From the NCBI GenBank assembly GCA_001004905.1, contig LCRY01000002.1, positions 269,873 to 333,872 on the forward strand: DNA of 64,000 nt, in the 5' to 3' direction. Of the stretch, positions 46,221-55,770 are shown piece by piece. The notes beneath the pieces were generated by a model. The model was not told the DNA's origin and searched no databases. It worked only from the letters and a program-made list of their open reading frames with translations. Origin of the DNA: Parcubacteria group bacterium GW2011_GWA1_56_13 (GTDB lineage Bacteria > Patescibacteriota > Minisyncoccia > Phycocordibacterales > Phycocordibacteraceae). A program made the translations under genes and the position numbers. Numbering within the stretch: position 1 is the first letter of the stretch; each line of letters starts with the position of its first letter.

Positions 46221-47168
46221 ATGAAAAACGACACGCTCAGGACGCTGCTCGGCTATGTGCTTGCGGCGTCGCTCGCGCTTTCTCCCGCCATGGCATTTGC
46301 CAAGGAAAACGGACGGGGAAACGCGCGAGCGAGCGTGAGCGCAAGCGAGCGCGCGGACGTGCGTGCGCATACTGACGCGGATGAACAGGAGGATGCGGAT
46401 GAAAACGGACGGAAAGACGGGCGCGCGAACGTCGCTACGTGCCTGACTGCGTTCGGGCATCTCATCGCACCGGGATGGATAAAGCATCATGGAACGACGA
46501 CCGTCGCTTCCCACTGCTTCCTTCCTTTCGGCATTGCCAAGAAACTCGGACTTGAACGCCCGTCTCGCCCGGCAACGACCACTCCGCAGGACATGACCGC
46601 CCCGTCCGTCTTCGTCGTAACGTCGGGCACGGGAACGACCACGGCGACGATAACCTGGTTCACTACCGAACACGCCGATTCGCAAGTCGCGTACGGCACG
46701 ACCACGTCGTATGGCTCGGTGACCGCCCTTAACTCGGGCATGACTTTCCTCCACTCGGTCACCATCACCGGTCTTGCTCCCGCGACGACCTATCACTTCC
46801 AGGTGAAGTCGCGTGACGCAAGCGGCAACCTCGGCACCTCTGCCGACGGCACCTTCACGACCAAATCACTCCCCGACACGGCCGCGCCGGTCCTCTCGGC
46901 GCTCTCGGTCTCCGGCCTCGGCTCCACGACCGCGACGATATCGTGGGCGACCGATGAGCCGGCAACAAGCAAGGTATATGTCGCTTCCGGCACGTCGCTC
47001 GATCTCGCAACTGCCGATGCGGTGCTGAACACCGACCTCGTGACGAATCACGCGATAACGGTGGGCGGCCTCTCGGCTTCGACGACCTACAGCTTCGCTG
47101 TACGGTCGCAGGACGCCGCGGGCAACACTGCCACCTCAGGAACGAGTTCGTTCGTGACTGGCTTATAG
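46221..47168 (+). CDS. secreted protein with two fibronectin type III-like domains; start at MKNDTLRTLLG
   Basis: Signal peptide; repeated TTATITWxT...Y.FxVxSxDAxGN. Confidence 0.6.
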   Translation: MKNDTLRTLLGYVLAASLALSPAMAFAKENGRGNARASVSASERADVRAHTDADEQEDADENGRKDGRANVATCLTAFGHLIAPGWIKHHGTTTVASHCFLPFGIAKKLGLERPSRPATTTPQDMTAPSVFVVTSGTGTTTATITWFTTEHADSQVAYGTTTSYGSVTALNSGMTFLHSVTITGLAPATTYHFQVKSRDASGNLGTSADGTFTTKSLPDTAAPVLSALSVSGLGSTTATISWATDEPATSKVYVASGTSLDLATADAVLNTDLVTNHAITVGGLSASTTYSFAVRSQDAAGNTATSGTSSFVTGL

Positions 47169-47191
47169 TCGGTACCTGAAACGAACGGGAA

Positions 47192-47225
47192 CAGGGCGCC
47201 CTCCGGGCGCCCTGTTTCTTTTTTA
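47192..47225 (+). terminator. intrinsic terminator of the FN3 gene
   Basis: cagggcgccc-tccg-gggcgccctg followed by TTTCTTTTTT. Confidence 0.8.
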
Positions 47226-47229
47226 CTGA

Positions 47230-47264
47230 AAAAATAAAAGAGCGGGAGCCGTGCGGCTCCCGCG
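47230..47264 (-). terminator. intrinsic terminator for the minus-strand gene 47297..47725
   Basis: gcgggagccg-tgc-ggctcccgc followed by a T-run on the minus strand. Confidence 0.7.
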
Positions 47265-47296
47265 AATCACTCGAATTTCGTTCTTTTGAAATGATG

Positions 47297-47725
47297 TTAC
47301 TGCGGCCCTTGGTTCGTGCGCCTCCGCATTTCCAGGATGCTCTCCAGGTGCCGTAGCTGCAGACAGAAGAACCACACGGCCGCGATGACGGATAGCACCG
47401 CGAGCGCCCAGTAGAGCACGGCGACCGGAAGCAGGTCCGGGAAAGCGATGCGGACGTACATTCCCCGGTTGTAGAGGCCGATGGCGAAGGCCATCGCTAC
47501 GCCGAAAAATGTGATCCAGGCCACGTCTTTCAATTTCCACCGCAGGAGGTCCGCAACCGCGAGGGCGACAGCCCACCAGACGGCGTCGGAAAGCGCCATG
47601 ACGGTCATCTTCGTGATGACGGGCGGGTTCGCCCAGACGGCAAGCCCGACGAACGCCAAGAGGACGATCCAACAAACCACGATGCCGTGAATCCAGAAAA
47701 GAACAGCTGTCATCTCCTGCCGCAT
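47297..47725 (-). CDS. hypothetical 4-TM membrane protein
   Basis: ORF only. Confidence 0.45.
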   Translation of the reverse strand: MRQEMTAVLFWIHGIVVCWIVLLAFVGLAVWANPPVITKMTVMALSDAVWWAVALAVADLLRWKLKDVAWITFFGVAMAFAIGLYNRGMYVRIAFPDLLPVAVLYWALAVLSVIAAVWFFCLQLRHLESILEMRRRTNQGPQ

Positions 47726-47843
47726 AAGACCTCCCTTCCGGTTAGGAATACTGGCACGATTTCAGTGCTGTGATTATATTAAAAATTCGCTTGCTGTCAA
47801 CGTTCGCGGTGGCCGGCGCGCCTCACGGGGTATACTTGAGCGA

Positions 47844-49019
47844 ATGCGGAAAAGAAGATCTGCGCCGCCGAAGAAGTTCTTTTGGAGCATTGCGCTTGGC
47901 GGCCTGCTACTCGTGGGCGTCGGCGTGTCCGCGTGGCTTGGTGCCGCGGGCGACACGGAGGAGGCGCTCGGCTCGACAACGCAGGCGGTGCCGTATCCGG
48001 CTCAATATTCCGACGCGCATATCACCGAGAATGCGGTGGTTGCCGATCCGCGATTCAAAGATATCGCTATTCCACGGCGGATAAGTTTTCTGGCAAGCGT
48101 TCTCCCGGGATTCCCGCCGTCCAGGAGTTTCGCGCCGGACACTTCCGAGCCGGAACAAGGCACGTGGCTATGGACCCCGACGCTCGACATCACCCCGCAG
48201 TACCGGGACGCCGTCATCGCCGAAGCGCGCAACAACGGCATCCGGAATATCTATCTCTCGATAGATTCCTATCTGGACATCTACGTCATGCCGGACGGGC
48301 CGGAGAAATACGCAAAGCAAAAAGCGTTCGACAAGGTGCTCGAGGACTTCATCGCCACGGCGCGCGCAAGCGGCATCGCGGTTGACGCGGAGGGAGGGTG
48401 GAGGAATTGGGCGGAAAAGGGGCACGTGTACAAGCCGTTCGCCCTGCTGGAGTACGTCAAAGGATTCAATGCCGCCCATACCGAGAAATTCCGCGGATTC
48501 CAGTACGACATCGAGCCCTATCTCCTCTCCGAATATCAGGGCGATAAGAGACGGGTGTTGAGCGACTATCTCGACCTCATGGGCGAGACGGTGGCGCGGC
48601 TCGACAGCACCGATCTGCTGTTCTCCGTCGTCATCCCCTATTTCTACGATGACGGTGACGAAACACCCCGGTTCGTGTACGGCTTGCGCGCCGGATATGC
48701 GCTCGACCACCTGTTCGCGATACTCGAGCGCCGGCCGGGGAGCAAGCTCATCGTAATGGCGTATCGCAACCATAGCGACGGCGCGGACGGGTCTGTAGAG
48801 ATCTCCCGCGGCGAGATGAAAATGTCGGAACGTTTTGCGACCAAGGTCGTCATCGCACAGGAAACGGGCGATGTCACGCCGTCCTTCGTCACCTTTTACA
48901 ATACGTCGCGTTCGCGCCTGAACGCGCAGCTGCAGAACATACACGACGCATTCGCCGAGAACAAAAGATACGACGGCACCGCCATTCACTATCTCAACGC
49001 CCTGTTGGCGCTCAAATAA
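47844..49019 (+). CDS. hypothetical secreted protein (TIM-barrel-like? no confident family)
   Basis: Signal/TM N-terminus. Confidence 0.45.
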   Translation: MRKRRSAPPKKFFWSIALGGLLLVGVGVSAWLGAAGDTEEALGSTTQAVPYPAQYSDAHITENAVVADPRFKDIAIPRRISFLASVLPGFPPSRSFAPDTSEPEQGTWLWTPTLDITPQYRDAVIAEARNNGIRNIYLSIDSYLDIYVMPDGPEKYAKQKAFDKVLEDFIATARASGIAVDAEGGWRNWAEKGHVYKPFALLEYVKGFNAAHTEKFRGFQYDIEPYLLSEYQGDKRRVLSDYLDLMGETVARLDSTDLLFSVVIPYFYDDGDETPRFVYGLRAGYALDHLFAILERRPGSKLIVMAYRNHSDGADGSVEISRGEMKMSERFATKVVIAQETGDVTPSFVTFYNTSRSRLNAQLQNIHDAFAENKRYDGTAIHYLNALLALK

Positions 49020-49047
49020 AAAAGGGTTCGCCGATGGACCGGGAGGT

Positions 49048-49830
49048 CTAGTATTCGATGACTATCGGGAACGAGACGGAGGCGTCGTTGGCGGGAAGGC
49101 CCGAGGGGTTGTCCTTGTTCAGGACGATGGTTGCCCGGCCGATGTAGGATTCGGGCACCGAGACGTCGACGGCGAACGGTACGAAGTCGGTGGTCATCCA
49201 GTCGCTTCCCGCCTGGGCAACGACGATGGCAAGCCGCTCGCCGTCGTCGCCGAATACTTCTATCGGGAACGACGCTTCGAAGAACCAGTTGCCGCGGGCC
49301 TGTCCCGAGATCCGGAACGTCTTGCCGGTCACCGAGCCCGGCTGGGGCGTATCCACCTTGATAAGGTTTGCGGAAGCATTCCGGTAGGTAAAGGCGCGAG
49401 GTTCGACTTTGAAGGTGAAGCGGTAGTCGGAACTCTTGAGCGATACGGTCGAGACCTTTGCTGGTTCGACCGATACGAGCGTGACCGCCTCCACCTCGGT
49501 CGTGACGGGCTCGCCAACCAGGAATACCTGGTTGGCGGTGCCGAGGCCGCTCGAGAGCGTCGCGCGCAGGCGCACGCGCCCCGCCTGGATGCACTGCACG
49601 TCCGTCGGACAGCGGCTGTCCTCGACTACTTCGCGCGGCGTAAGCGTCACTGCCCCGACCGAGCCGGTCTCGCCGAGCGCAAGCGTGATAAGCCCGCCCT
49701 CTTGCTCGTCGGTACTGGCGGCCGGAGGCGCTTCCCCGCCCTTCCGATATGTATTCCAGGCGGACCATCCGCCGACCACCATCGCGATACCGATCGCCGT
49801 CGCCAACAGTATTTTTACGTTCGGGGTCAT
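49048..49830 (-). CDS. hypothetical membrane-anchored protein with a GerMN/Gmad2-like beta-rich domain
   Basis: Weak family-level similarity only. Confidence 0.4.
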   Translation of the reverse strand: MTPNVKILLATAIGIAMVVGGWSAWNTYRKGGEAPPAASTDEQEGGLITLALGETGSVGAVTLTPREVVEDSRCPTDVQCIQAGRVRLRATLSSGLGTANQVFLVGEPVTTEVEAVTLVSVEPAKVSTVSLKSSDYRFTFKVEPRAFTYRNASANLIKVDTPQPGSVTGKTFRISGQARGNWFFEASFPIEVFGDDGERLAIVVAQAGSDWMTTDFVPFAVDVSVPESYIGRATIVLNKDNPSGLPANDASVSFPIVIEY

Positions 49831-49963
49831 ATGCGGTTATTCTACCAAAAACGTTCCCATATCACACGCGAAGCGTCTCTGGCCTCGACGCGTGACGTGG
49901 GAATGAGCGAATATCGACCGGTCCATTCTCGCCTGTATCGCATGAGATTCGGATGAACTCGAC

Positions 49964-50000
49964 GATTAAAAAAGCCCGCGTCCCTCTTGACGCGGGCTTT
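49964..50000 (-). terminator. intrinsic terminator
   Basis: aagcccgcgtc-cctcttg-acgcgggctt followed by a T-run on the minus strand. Confidence 0.7.
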
Positions 50001-50017
50001 GAGGATGCCTATTGCTT

Positions 50018-50260
50018 TTATTCGACGAGGTGTGCAAGGACTCCCATTTCGTCCGGTTCGAGGAAGACCGTGGCGCCTTCGAGCATTTCAGCGAAAGCAT
50101 GGTCATCGGGAATTTCCGCCTCGAAGGTCTTTTCGTATGGTTCTCCTTCTTTTCTCCCGGCCATTGCCGCTTTCGTTGTCTCAAGCTGTGCATGGTCCCT
50201 GCTGAGGGAAACCACGACTCCCTTGCCGTAGATCTGCCACTGCTGCACTAGGACTCGCAT
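50018..50260 (-). CDS. small hypothetical protein (start at MRVLVQQW)
   Basis: The longer ORF-track version overlaps the PspC gene and is judged spurious. Confidence 0.35.
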   Translation of the reverse strand: MRVLVQQWQIYGKGVVVSLSRDHAQLETTKAAMAGRKEGEPYEKTFEAEIPDDHAFAEMLEGATVFLEPDEMGVLAHLVE

Positions 50261-50417
50261 GGGTTCCCCTCCTTGCGCAATTTCGCATATGTTTCCGACT
50301 TCAAGGTATCGAGCGGATTCACGCGACCTCCTAAGAAGAGTTTGAGTGTACGTATAACCTACTCTGCGTACAGAGATATCACGAGGAAAGCCAGAAATCA
50401 AAGGAGGGCCGGGCGTG

Positions 50418-50612
50418 TCAGAGTGCGCTCTTTTCGGGCGCGAGCGGGACGAATATCCACGCGGCGATGTAGGCGATGAGGAACGCGCCGGAGAACATGA
50501 GGCCGAACGTGACGAGCCGGACGATGATGGGGTCAATGTCGAAATATTCGGCAAGCCCTCCCGCCACTCCGCCGATGATTCTGTTGGTCCGCGAACGATA
50601 AAGTTTTTTCAT
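50418..50612 (-). CDS. PspC-domain membrane protein
   Basis: MKKLYRSRTNRIIGGVAGGLAEYFDIDPIIVRL. Confidence 0.85.
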   Translation of the reverse strand: MKKLYRSRTNRIIGGVAGGLAEYFDIDPIIVRLVTFGLMFSGAFLIAYIAAWIFVPLAPEKSAL

Positions 50613-50911
50613 CCTGTAGTGAAATTTTGGTTTGTTAAATCCTTCGACCTTTCCTTATATAGGAACTCTTTTAATCTCCTCTTTAATAGTCTACCACCTT
50701 GGGTTGTCTTCAAATACCCCTCTCGCCTTTTGGCATCAACGTCATCGAGACAAGCCTCGTAGTAAATAATTTGCCATGGTAGATATCGCTTGGTCGACGG
50801 ATTTAACCCTTGATTATGTTCTGCCAACCTTCTTTTTAGGTCGGTAGTATACCCGACATACAACTCATTATTTTTCTTACTCTGTAGAACGTAGGTATAG
50901 AACATAATCAA
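50609..50911 (-). CDS. GIY-YIG nuclease family protein
   Basis: FYTYVLQS...ELYVGYTTDLKRRLAEHN. Confidence 0.8.
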   Translation of the reverse strand: MIMFYTYVLQSKKNNELYVGYTTDLKRRLAEHNQGLNPSTKRYLPWQIIYYEACLDDVDAKRREGYLKTTQGGRLLKRRLKEFLYKERSKDLTNQNFTTG

Positions 50912-50950
50912 ACCAAAATTCTACTACGGGATTCATGCGTACAGTATACC

Positions 50951-51319
50951 TCAGTCGGCACTCGCTTTATTCGCCTTCGCTTTTGCCTTTAGCATTCGCT
51001 GTATGACTGTCGCCGGAACTTTTTGGTCGAATCGTATCTGTACGGTTTTACTGCCGGTCGTATAGCCCTTCTTTTCAAGCGCTTTGCGGTCTTTGTTTGG
51101 GAGCGCGGAGGCGAAGCCGAATCCGGCGTGATTCTTGAACGCGGCAAATCCGGCAAGAAGCCCGTGATATTTGTAGAACGGTATGCCCCAGCTTATTCCC
51201 TCTTCCGCTTTCGGAATGGCCGACGTTATGACTTTCCGGAGCTCTTTGAGCGTCGGACGGGCTTCTTTGCCCGAACCGGCGATGTAAGCGTCAACATCTT
51301 TTGCGCGATAGTTCCTCAT
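50951..51319 (-). CDS. DUF1801 (YdhG-like) domain protein
   Basis: Family-level similarity. Confidence 0.6.
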   Translation of the reverse strand: MRNYRAKDVDAYIAGSGKEARPTLKELRKVITSAIPKAEEGISWGIPFYKYHGLLAGFAAFKNHAGFGFASALPNKDRKALEKKGYTTGSKTVQIRFDQKVPATVIQRMLKAKAKANKASAD

Positions 51320-51362
51320 ATGCCTGGTCGGGTGATTTTACCATTTTGACCCTCTTCGGAAT

Positions 51363-52139
51363 TTATATTCTTTCAGTGTTCTGAACTAAGTTATTCAGTT
51401 CTGCATATAACCTTACGAAGAATTTTTTCATATCTAATTTGTGAGTTTCGCCAATTGGAACCTTCGACTTCAATATTCCGCCAACTTGTTTACTAAATCT
51501 AGAGTTTGTCTTACCGCCTGAATGTAAAGTAATATTTCTTAAAGCGTTGAGGAGTTTCAGCCTTTCGAGATCCTTCTTAGTTTTAAATATTTTTATGCCA
51601 AAACGTTGTGTCAGAAAAGTGGCCCAAGTATCTATATCTTGGGATTTTTCAATGGCTATGGAATCAATAAAGTAGTTCTTGACCTCTAAAACCTTTTTAA
51701 AATCCTTAACATCTTCAAACTTGAGAACTCTTTCCGACTGAAACGATGACGGGTATTTTTTAAATAATTCTTTTAGTATCTCAAACATAAAACATTCAAA
51801 GTTTGCAAATAACGCTATAAATCCTAGTTCGTAGAGCTTCACCATTTGATTGTCGTTAATTTCCAGGTATTTTTTAAACTGTCCGTATCCCGGGTGAGTT
51901 TTTGCCTTCGTAAAATCAAGTAGTTGCTCGGTTGCTCCAATCTGCGCCTCTAACGCATGAATTAGTAGGTATGTCTCCTGAACCTCTTTTTTTAGGTTGA
52001 TTAAGGATTTTAGATTTTTAGAGTTAATTTTTTCATAAAATTCTTCGGAGTCCGAAACTATCTCAAACGGCACATTCGGCCTACTGGCCTCAGTACACCT
52101 TCGCTCTCGCTCAGTTGCTGCCCGATGGGATTTGGTCAT
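51363..52139 (-). CDS. hypothetical protein with a possible HEPN-like Rx4H motif (ALRNITLH); Abi-like? low GC
   Basis: Motif only. Confidence 0.3.
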   Translation of the reverse strand: MTKSHRAATERERRCTEASRPNVPFEIVSDSEEFYEKINSKNLKSLINLKKEVQETYLLIHALEAQIGATEQLLDFTKAKTHPGYGQFKKYLEINDNQMVKLYELGFIALFANFECFMFEILKELFKKYPSSFQSERVLKFEDVKDFKKVLEVKNYFIDSIAIEKSQDIDTWATFLTQRFGIKIFKTKKDLERLKLLNALRNITLHSGGKTNSRFSKQVGGILKSKVPIGETHKLDMKKFFVRLYAELNNLVQNTERI

Positions 52140-52151
52140 ATATAAGGAGGA

Positions 52152-53084
52152 TTACTGAGAGAAATCTTTTAGTTTGAAACTGATCTCATATAGAAAGACT
52201 TCGATATTGGGGACCATCCGGAGTGCGTAATCTAGACGTTTGTCGTAAGATCCGGCGACTATAACTGCTTTCACATTATCGTCTCCCTTATTGGCCTTTA
52301 TCCAACCCATATATCGCGTAGCTTGCCCAACCGTGTCATCACTTGTTTGATTCCGCTTTAGTTCAATGACCACATGGCTACCAGTCTTTTTATCCTTTGC
52401 GAGAATATCAATCGGACCTATATCCGTTTTGTATTGCTGGCTCATGAGTTCTCCATCTTCAACAATTAAGTCGAAGCGTTTCCCAAGCTCTGTGTTATCC
52501 CAATTATGAATTAGAAAGTCCTCAAGTTGCTTTTCCATGTAAAAAAGACCTTGGCTCGTCGGGGATTTCTCGTCCCGAATCTTAAGAGAAGCTACTTTGC
52601 CATAATATTCGAGCAACGTCTGAAGATCTGATTCAAGTTCTTTATCTCCAGCTAACTCTCCGCTTTTAGCGTATACGATTGCGAAACTATCACTGTGTTT
52701 CGCAAACTGTAATTGATATACCTTGAAAACAAAAGAATCTCCGTATCGAGGAACCTTCTCTCCAAAGAAAGCTTCAATAGTGTTAGCTTCATTTTGTATT
52801 TCCACTGGCCAAGCTTCTGCGTATGCTTCAGTCTCGCTCACTCCATATGCAAGAATTAGTGTTTGACGATCTTTGTAATAAAGATATACGGGGTAAAAAC
52901 CCTTACTCACTTTCATTTCCGGAGTAGTGAACGCAATCCAAGGAACTCTTGCGGGAGATCCCATACCAAATGACACCTGCATCCGGAAATCGGCTAGAGT
53001 TCTAGGGTAAATAGCTGTTTTAAGTTCCGTGGAATTAGCTTGAACGATAAAGTCTCTAAGGGTTTTGGCAAAGCCGTCCATCAT
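52152..53084 (-). CDS. DUF3578 (McrB-N-like modified-DNA-binding) domain fused to a DUF91/NucS-like PD-(D/E)xK nuclease; putative single-chain modification-dependent restriction enzyme
   Basis: N-terminus VPWIAFTTPEMKVSKGFYPVYLYYKD; C-terminus DIGPIDILAKDKKTGSHVVIELKRNQTSDDTVGQATRYMGWI. Confidence 0.55.
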   Translation of the reverse strand: MMDGFAKTLRDFIVQANSTELKTAIYPRTLADFRMQVSFGMGSPARVPWIAFTTPEMKVSKGFYPVYLYYKDRQTLILAYGVSETEAYAEAWPVEIQNEANTIEAFFGEKVPRYGDSFVFKVYQLQFAKHSDSFAIVYAKSGELAGDKELESDLQTLLEYYGKVASLKIRDEKSPTSQGLFYMEKQLEDFLIHNWDNTELGKRFDLIVEDGELMSQQYKTDIGPIDILAKDKKTGSHVVIELKRNQTSDDTVGQATRYMGWIKANKGDDNVKAVIVAGSYDKRLDYALRMVPNIEVFLYEISFKLKDFSQ

Positions 53085-53177
53085 ATAATTTCCAATCTAA
53101 TCCGCCCTAGTCACAGGTACGGTGTCCCGATTTGCTGCCTGCGATTCCTGTATCTGATATCGTCTCCAGCATATGGC

Positions 53178-53214
53178 AAAATCATCCCACAAAATCTTCA
53201 TTTTTGCGACTCCC
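53178..53214. repeat. 37-nt perfect direct repeat, copy A (leader module upstream of the DUF3578-DUF91 gene)
   Basis: Identical to 53926..53962; on the minus strand it reads GGGGAGTCGCAAAAATGAAGATTTTGTGGGATGATTT (Shine-Dalgarno plus the start of a uORF MKILWDD...). Confidence 0.8.
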
Positions 53215-53287
53215 CCGCCCTGCAGCGGGTATCCCCAAGTAGGAGAGTTCACTTGAATTTAAGAATGCTTTTGGCTATAATGGGGGC

Positions 53288-53361
53288 ATCTTTTGGTCCT
53301 CGGACTGAAAGGGTACTACATCCAAGAGCAGCCCTCCTCACGGAGGGCTGCTTCTATTTTT
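53288..53361 (+). ncRNA. candidate ~70-nt small RNA: near-consensus promoter (TTGAAT-N16-TATAAT at 53254..53281) and an intrinsic terminator (53328..53361). Its 3' end converges on the NYN gene stop
   Basis: Seen directly; no + strand ORF in the interval. Confidence 0.35.
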
Positions 53362-53920
53362 GCCGGTGCAGGAGTTGCCTGCCCCAAATATCATCTTCAA
53401 TAGTGAGGATATCGGTATATCCGTCCCCACCGGTTTTGAGTTCGCGCGAAATATTGTTTTTCGAGGAAAAGACATATGTCTTTTTGCCACCGTTGCGAAG
53501 GTATCTGACAAGAGCTAGGAAATCCGAATCGCCGGTAAAGAAAACTGCTGTGCTGTAGGAATCGCGATGATGCATTGCATCGATTGTTATCTCGACATCC
53601 ATGTTCCCTTTTTCTTCAAATGAATCGCCATTCTCGCCATGGATAGCGATGCGCTTCAGTTCTTTCTTTCGGACAATAAAGCCAAGTCCTTTTTTAAGAT
53701 AAGTATAGAATTTATGTTTGCCTTCGAGACTATAAGTCCGTGTCCCTTTTGCTGGGTACGCAGTATAGAAAAATATCCTAACTAATTTTGGTTTGAATCT
53801 ATTTTGGAGATATTTTTGCAATTTCTGATAGTCAAAGACCCGGCCTTTCGCTTTCTGAGCTTCCCACACATTTGCCGCATCAATAAAGACGGCGATGCTA
53901 TCGTGAATTGCCCGCGCCAT
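53354..53920 (-). CDS. NYN-domain (LabA-like) putative ribonuclease
   Basis: IAVFIDAANV...; NYN fold residues. Confidence 0.8.
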   Translation of the reverse strand: MARAIHDSIAVFIDAANVWEAQKAKGRVFDYQKLQKYLQNRFKPKLVRIFFYTAYPAKGTRTYSLEGKHKFYTYLKKGLGFIVRKKELKRIAIHGENGDSFEEKGNMDVEITIDAMHHRDSYSTAVFFTGDSDFLALVRYLRNGGKKTYVFSSKNNISRELKTGGDGYTDILTIEDDIWGRQLLHRQK

Positions 53921-53925
53921 ACATT

Positions 53926-53962
53926 AAATCATCCCACAAAATCTTCATTTTTGCGACTCCCC
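53926..53962. repeat. 37-nt direct repeat, copy B (leader module upstream of the NYN gene)
   Basis: See copy A. Confidence 0.8.
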
Positions 53963-54014
53963 TACTGCCCGACAGGAACCGCGAGTACGCCTTGTGAAGG
54001 TGTCTTCGGCGGAG

Positions 54015-54629
54015 CTACCCTAAGTCCAGCTTTCGGAGAACAGCTTGTGTGTCATCCTCCTGTTTTCTGACTTCCACCCATGGATAACCGTATTTCTCGA
54101 CATCTGCCTTTAGCAGATGGCTGAATAGGGTTGCCCACTCAACCTCTTTTTCCTTTACTTCGTCGGGATACGTCCGTGCGCCATCCCATAAACCACGCTT
54201 AAAGATGACTTCGCGCATCCTGTCCGCATCCTCGTCTACTAGGAAAACCGCTTTAACATGAGGAGTATTGCTGAAGTCCCTTGCGACTAGGTGCGGTAAA
54301 ATGGCGACGCCCTCCACGACAAAACCCTTGCGCCACGGGTATTCCTCTTCAATAAGCTTCTTTACCCCAGGCCACGTTGCCTCTCCCTTCTCCATCTCCA
54401 TGCGCACTATTTCTTGGGCCGAAAATTCGGTGAGGAACTTTTCTCCTGAATAGCCCTCGTCGCTGAAAAGGTTCGGTATTTCCGAGGGGTTAGCAACGGT
54501 CCGCATTATTTCCTGTACTTGGTCCGTTGATATCCAAGGAACATTCAGATGCGCCGCAACTGCTTCGGCAATAGTTGACTTGCCGACCGTAGGAGCACCG
54601 CCTATCAAAATAATCTTTCTGTCTTTCAT
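54015..54629 (-). CDS. P-loop NTPase / kinase-like protein
   Basis: Walker A: GGAPTVGKST. Confidence 0.6.
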   Translation of the reverse strand: MKDRKIILIGGAPTVGKSTIAEAVAAHLNVPWISTDQVQEIMRTVANPSEIPNLFSDEGYSGEKFLTEFSAQEIVRMEMEKGEATWPGVKKLIEEEYPWRKGFVVEGVAILPHLVARDFSNTPHVKAVFLVDEDADRMREVIFKRGLWDGARTYPDEVKEKEVEWATLFSHLLKADVEKYGYPWVEVRKQEDDTQAVLRKLDLG

Positions 54630-54804
54630 ATACGTGATTATATCGCACCACCAAAATCATGTATTTGAACGCGTCTGCAACGCAAGAACCTATCCCAAAC
54701 TGGTACGTTCGGCCTGGGACGGTATTGGAACTTCACCCGAGTCTAATGAATCCTAAGTTAGGATGTTGCTCACGTACCGTGAAATTCTATCGTACGCATA
54801 CATG

Positions 54805-55278
54805 ACGTCAAAAAATACCATTTGCCTCTGGTTTGATAAGGATGCGCAGGGCGCAGCGGACTTTTATGCCGCTACGTTTCCCGACAGCAAAGTAGGTACT
54901 GTTTTCCATGCACCCAGTGATTTTCCTGATGGCAAAAAAGGCGATGTGCTTACGGTAGAATTTACCGTCTGCGGAATTCCGTGTATCGGTCTGAACGGCG
55001 GTCCTGCGTTCAAGCAAAGCGAGGCATTTTCTTTTCAAATCGCGACGGATAATCAGGAAGAGACGGACCGCTATTGGAATGCAATCGTGGAAAACGGCGG
55101 AAAAGAGAGCGCGTGCGGATGGTGCAAGGACCGCTGGGGAGTATCATGGCAGATTACGCCGCGAACGCTCACCGAGGCACTCGCCGCTGGCGGCGCAGAG
55201 GCAGAGTGTGCCTTTAACGCGATGATGACAATGAGAAAAATAGACGTCGCCGCTATTGACGCCGCCCGACGGGGTTAA
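54805..55278 (+). CDS. PhnB/3-demethylubiquinone-9 3-methyltransferase-like (VOC/glyoxalase-fold) protein
   Basis: MTSKNTICLWFDKDAQGAADFYAATFPDSKVG... Confidence 0.65.
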   Translation, partial: TSKNTICLWFDKDAQGAADFYAATFPDSKVGTVFHAPSDFPDGKKGDVLTVEFTVCGIPCIGLNGGPAFKQSEAFSFQIATDNQEETDRYWNAIVENGGKESACGWCKDRWGVSWQITPRTLTEALAAGGAEAECAFNAMMTMRKIDVAAIDAARRG

Positions 55279-55386
55279 GAAGAACGTCCTGGGACGATGT
55301 TTGAACTATGTTAACCAAACGCGAACGAAAAATAAAGGGCGGCCATCTTTCGAGTGGTCGCCCCTTGTCACACGGCGCGTATGGAC

Positions 55387-55665
55387 TTATTTCTTTTTCG
55401 CTCGCCTCCGCGAGTTGGTCACATACTCCCTTTCCGCAACCTCGAGAAGATGTTGGGTCAGCCTCAGTAGCCACTCATTACCATCGGAGCGTCCGTACAA
55501 CTGGAGGAGACGTTGCTGGAACGCCGACAAGCCGTTCCAATTCTTGAACACCTCGTCAGTCGCACTGGGCTCGACGCAATGCTCGAATTGAAACATTGAT
55601 CCGTCGATCGTAAAGCGAAGGCCGAGCCGGTAATTTTCATACTTCAAGAAGAAAGTTTGGGGCAT
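55387..55665 (-). CDS. hypothetical protein
   Basis: ORF only. Confidence 0.3.
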   Translation of the reverse strand: MPQTFFLKYENYRLGLRFTIDGSMFQFEHCVEPSATDEVFKNWNGLSAFQQRLLQLYGRSDGNEWLLRLTQHLLEVAEREYVTNSRRRAKKK

Positions 55666-55770
55666 ATCACCTCCGCAGTTGCCCAATGTTGATAATGAAA
55701 CCCTGCTGTTAGCATACATTATTTAAACATGATGTCAAGTTTTGCTGCCGGGTTTGGATTCGAACCAAAA

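Larger units (their letters stand above)
50560..54700. mobile_element. low-GC defence-like island (GIY-YIG, DUF1801, HEPN-like, DUF3578-DUF91 nuclease, NYN, P-loop kinase)
   Basis: Compositional shift, gene content, duplicated 37-nt leader module. Confidence 0.5.

Noticed and set aside
48168-48989. 273-aa minus ORF
   Set aside because: Antisense to the 47844..49019 secreted-protein gene, which has a signal peptide and balanced composition.
48989-49768. 259-aa minus ORF overlapping 49048..49830
   Set aside because: Arg-rich alternative frame of the GerMN/Gmad2-like gene.
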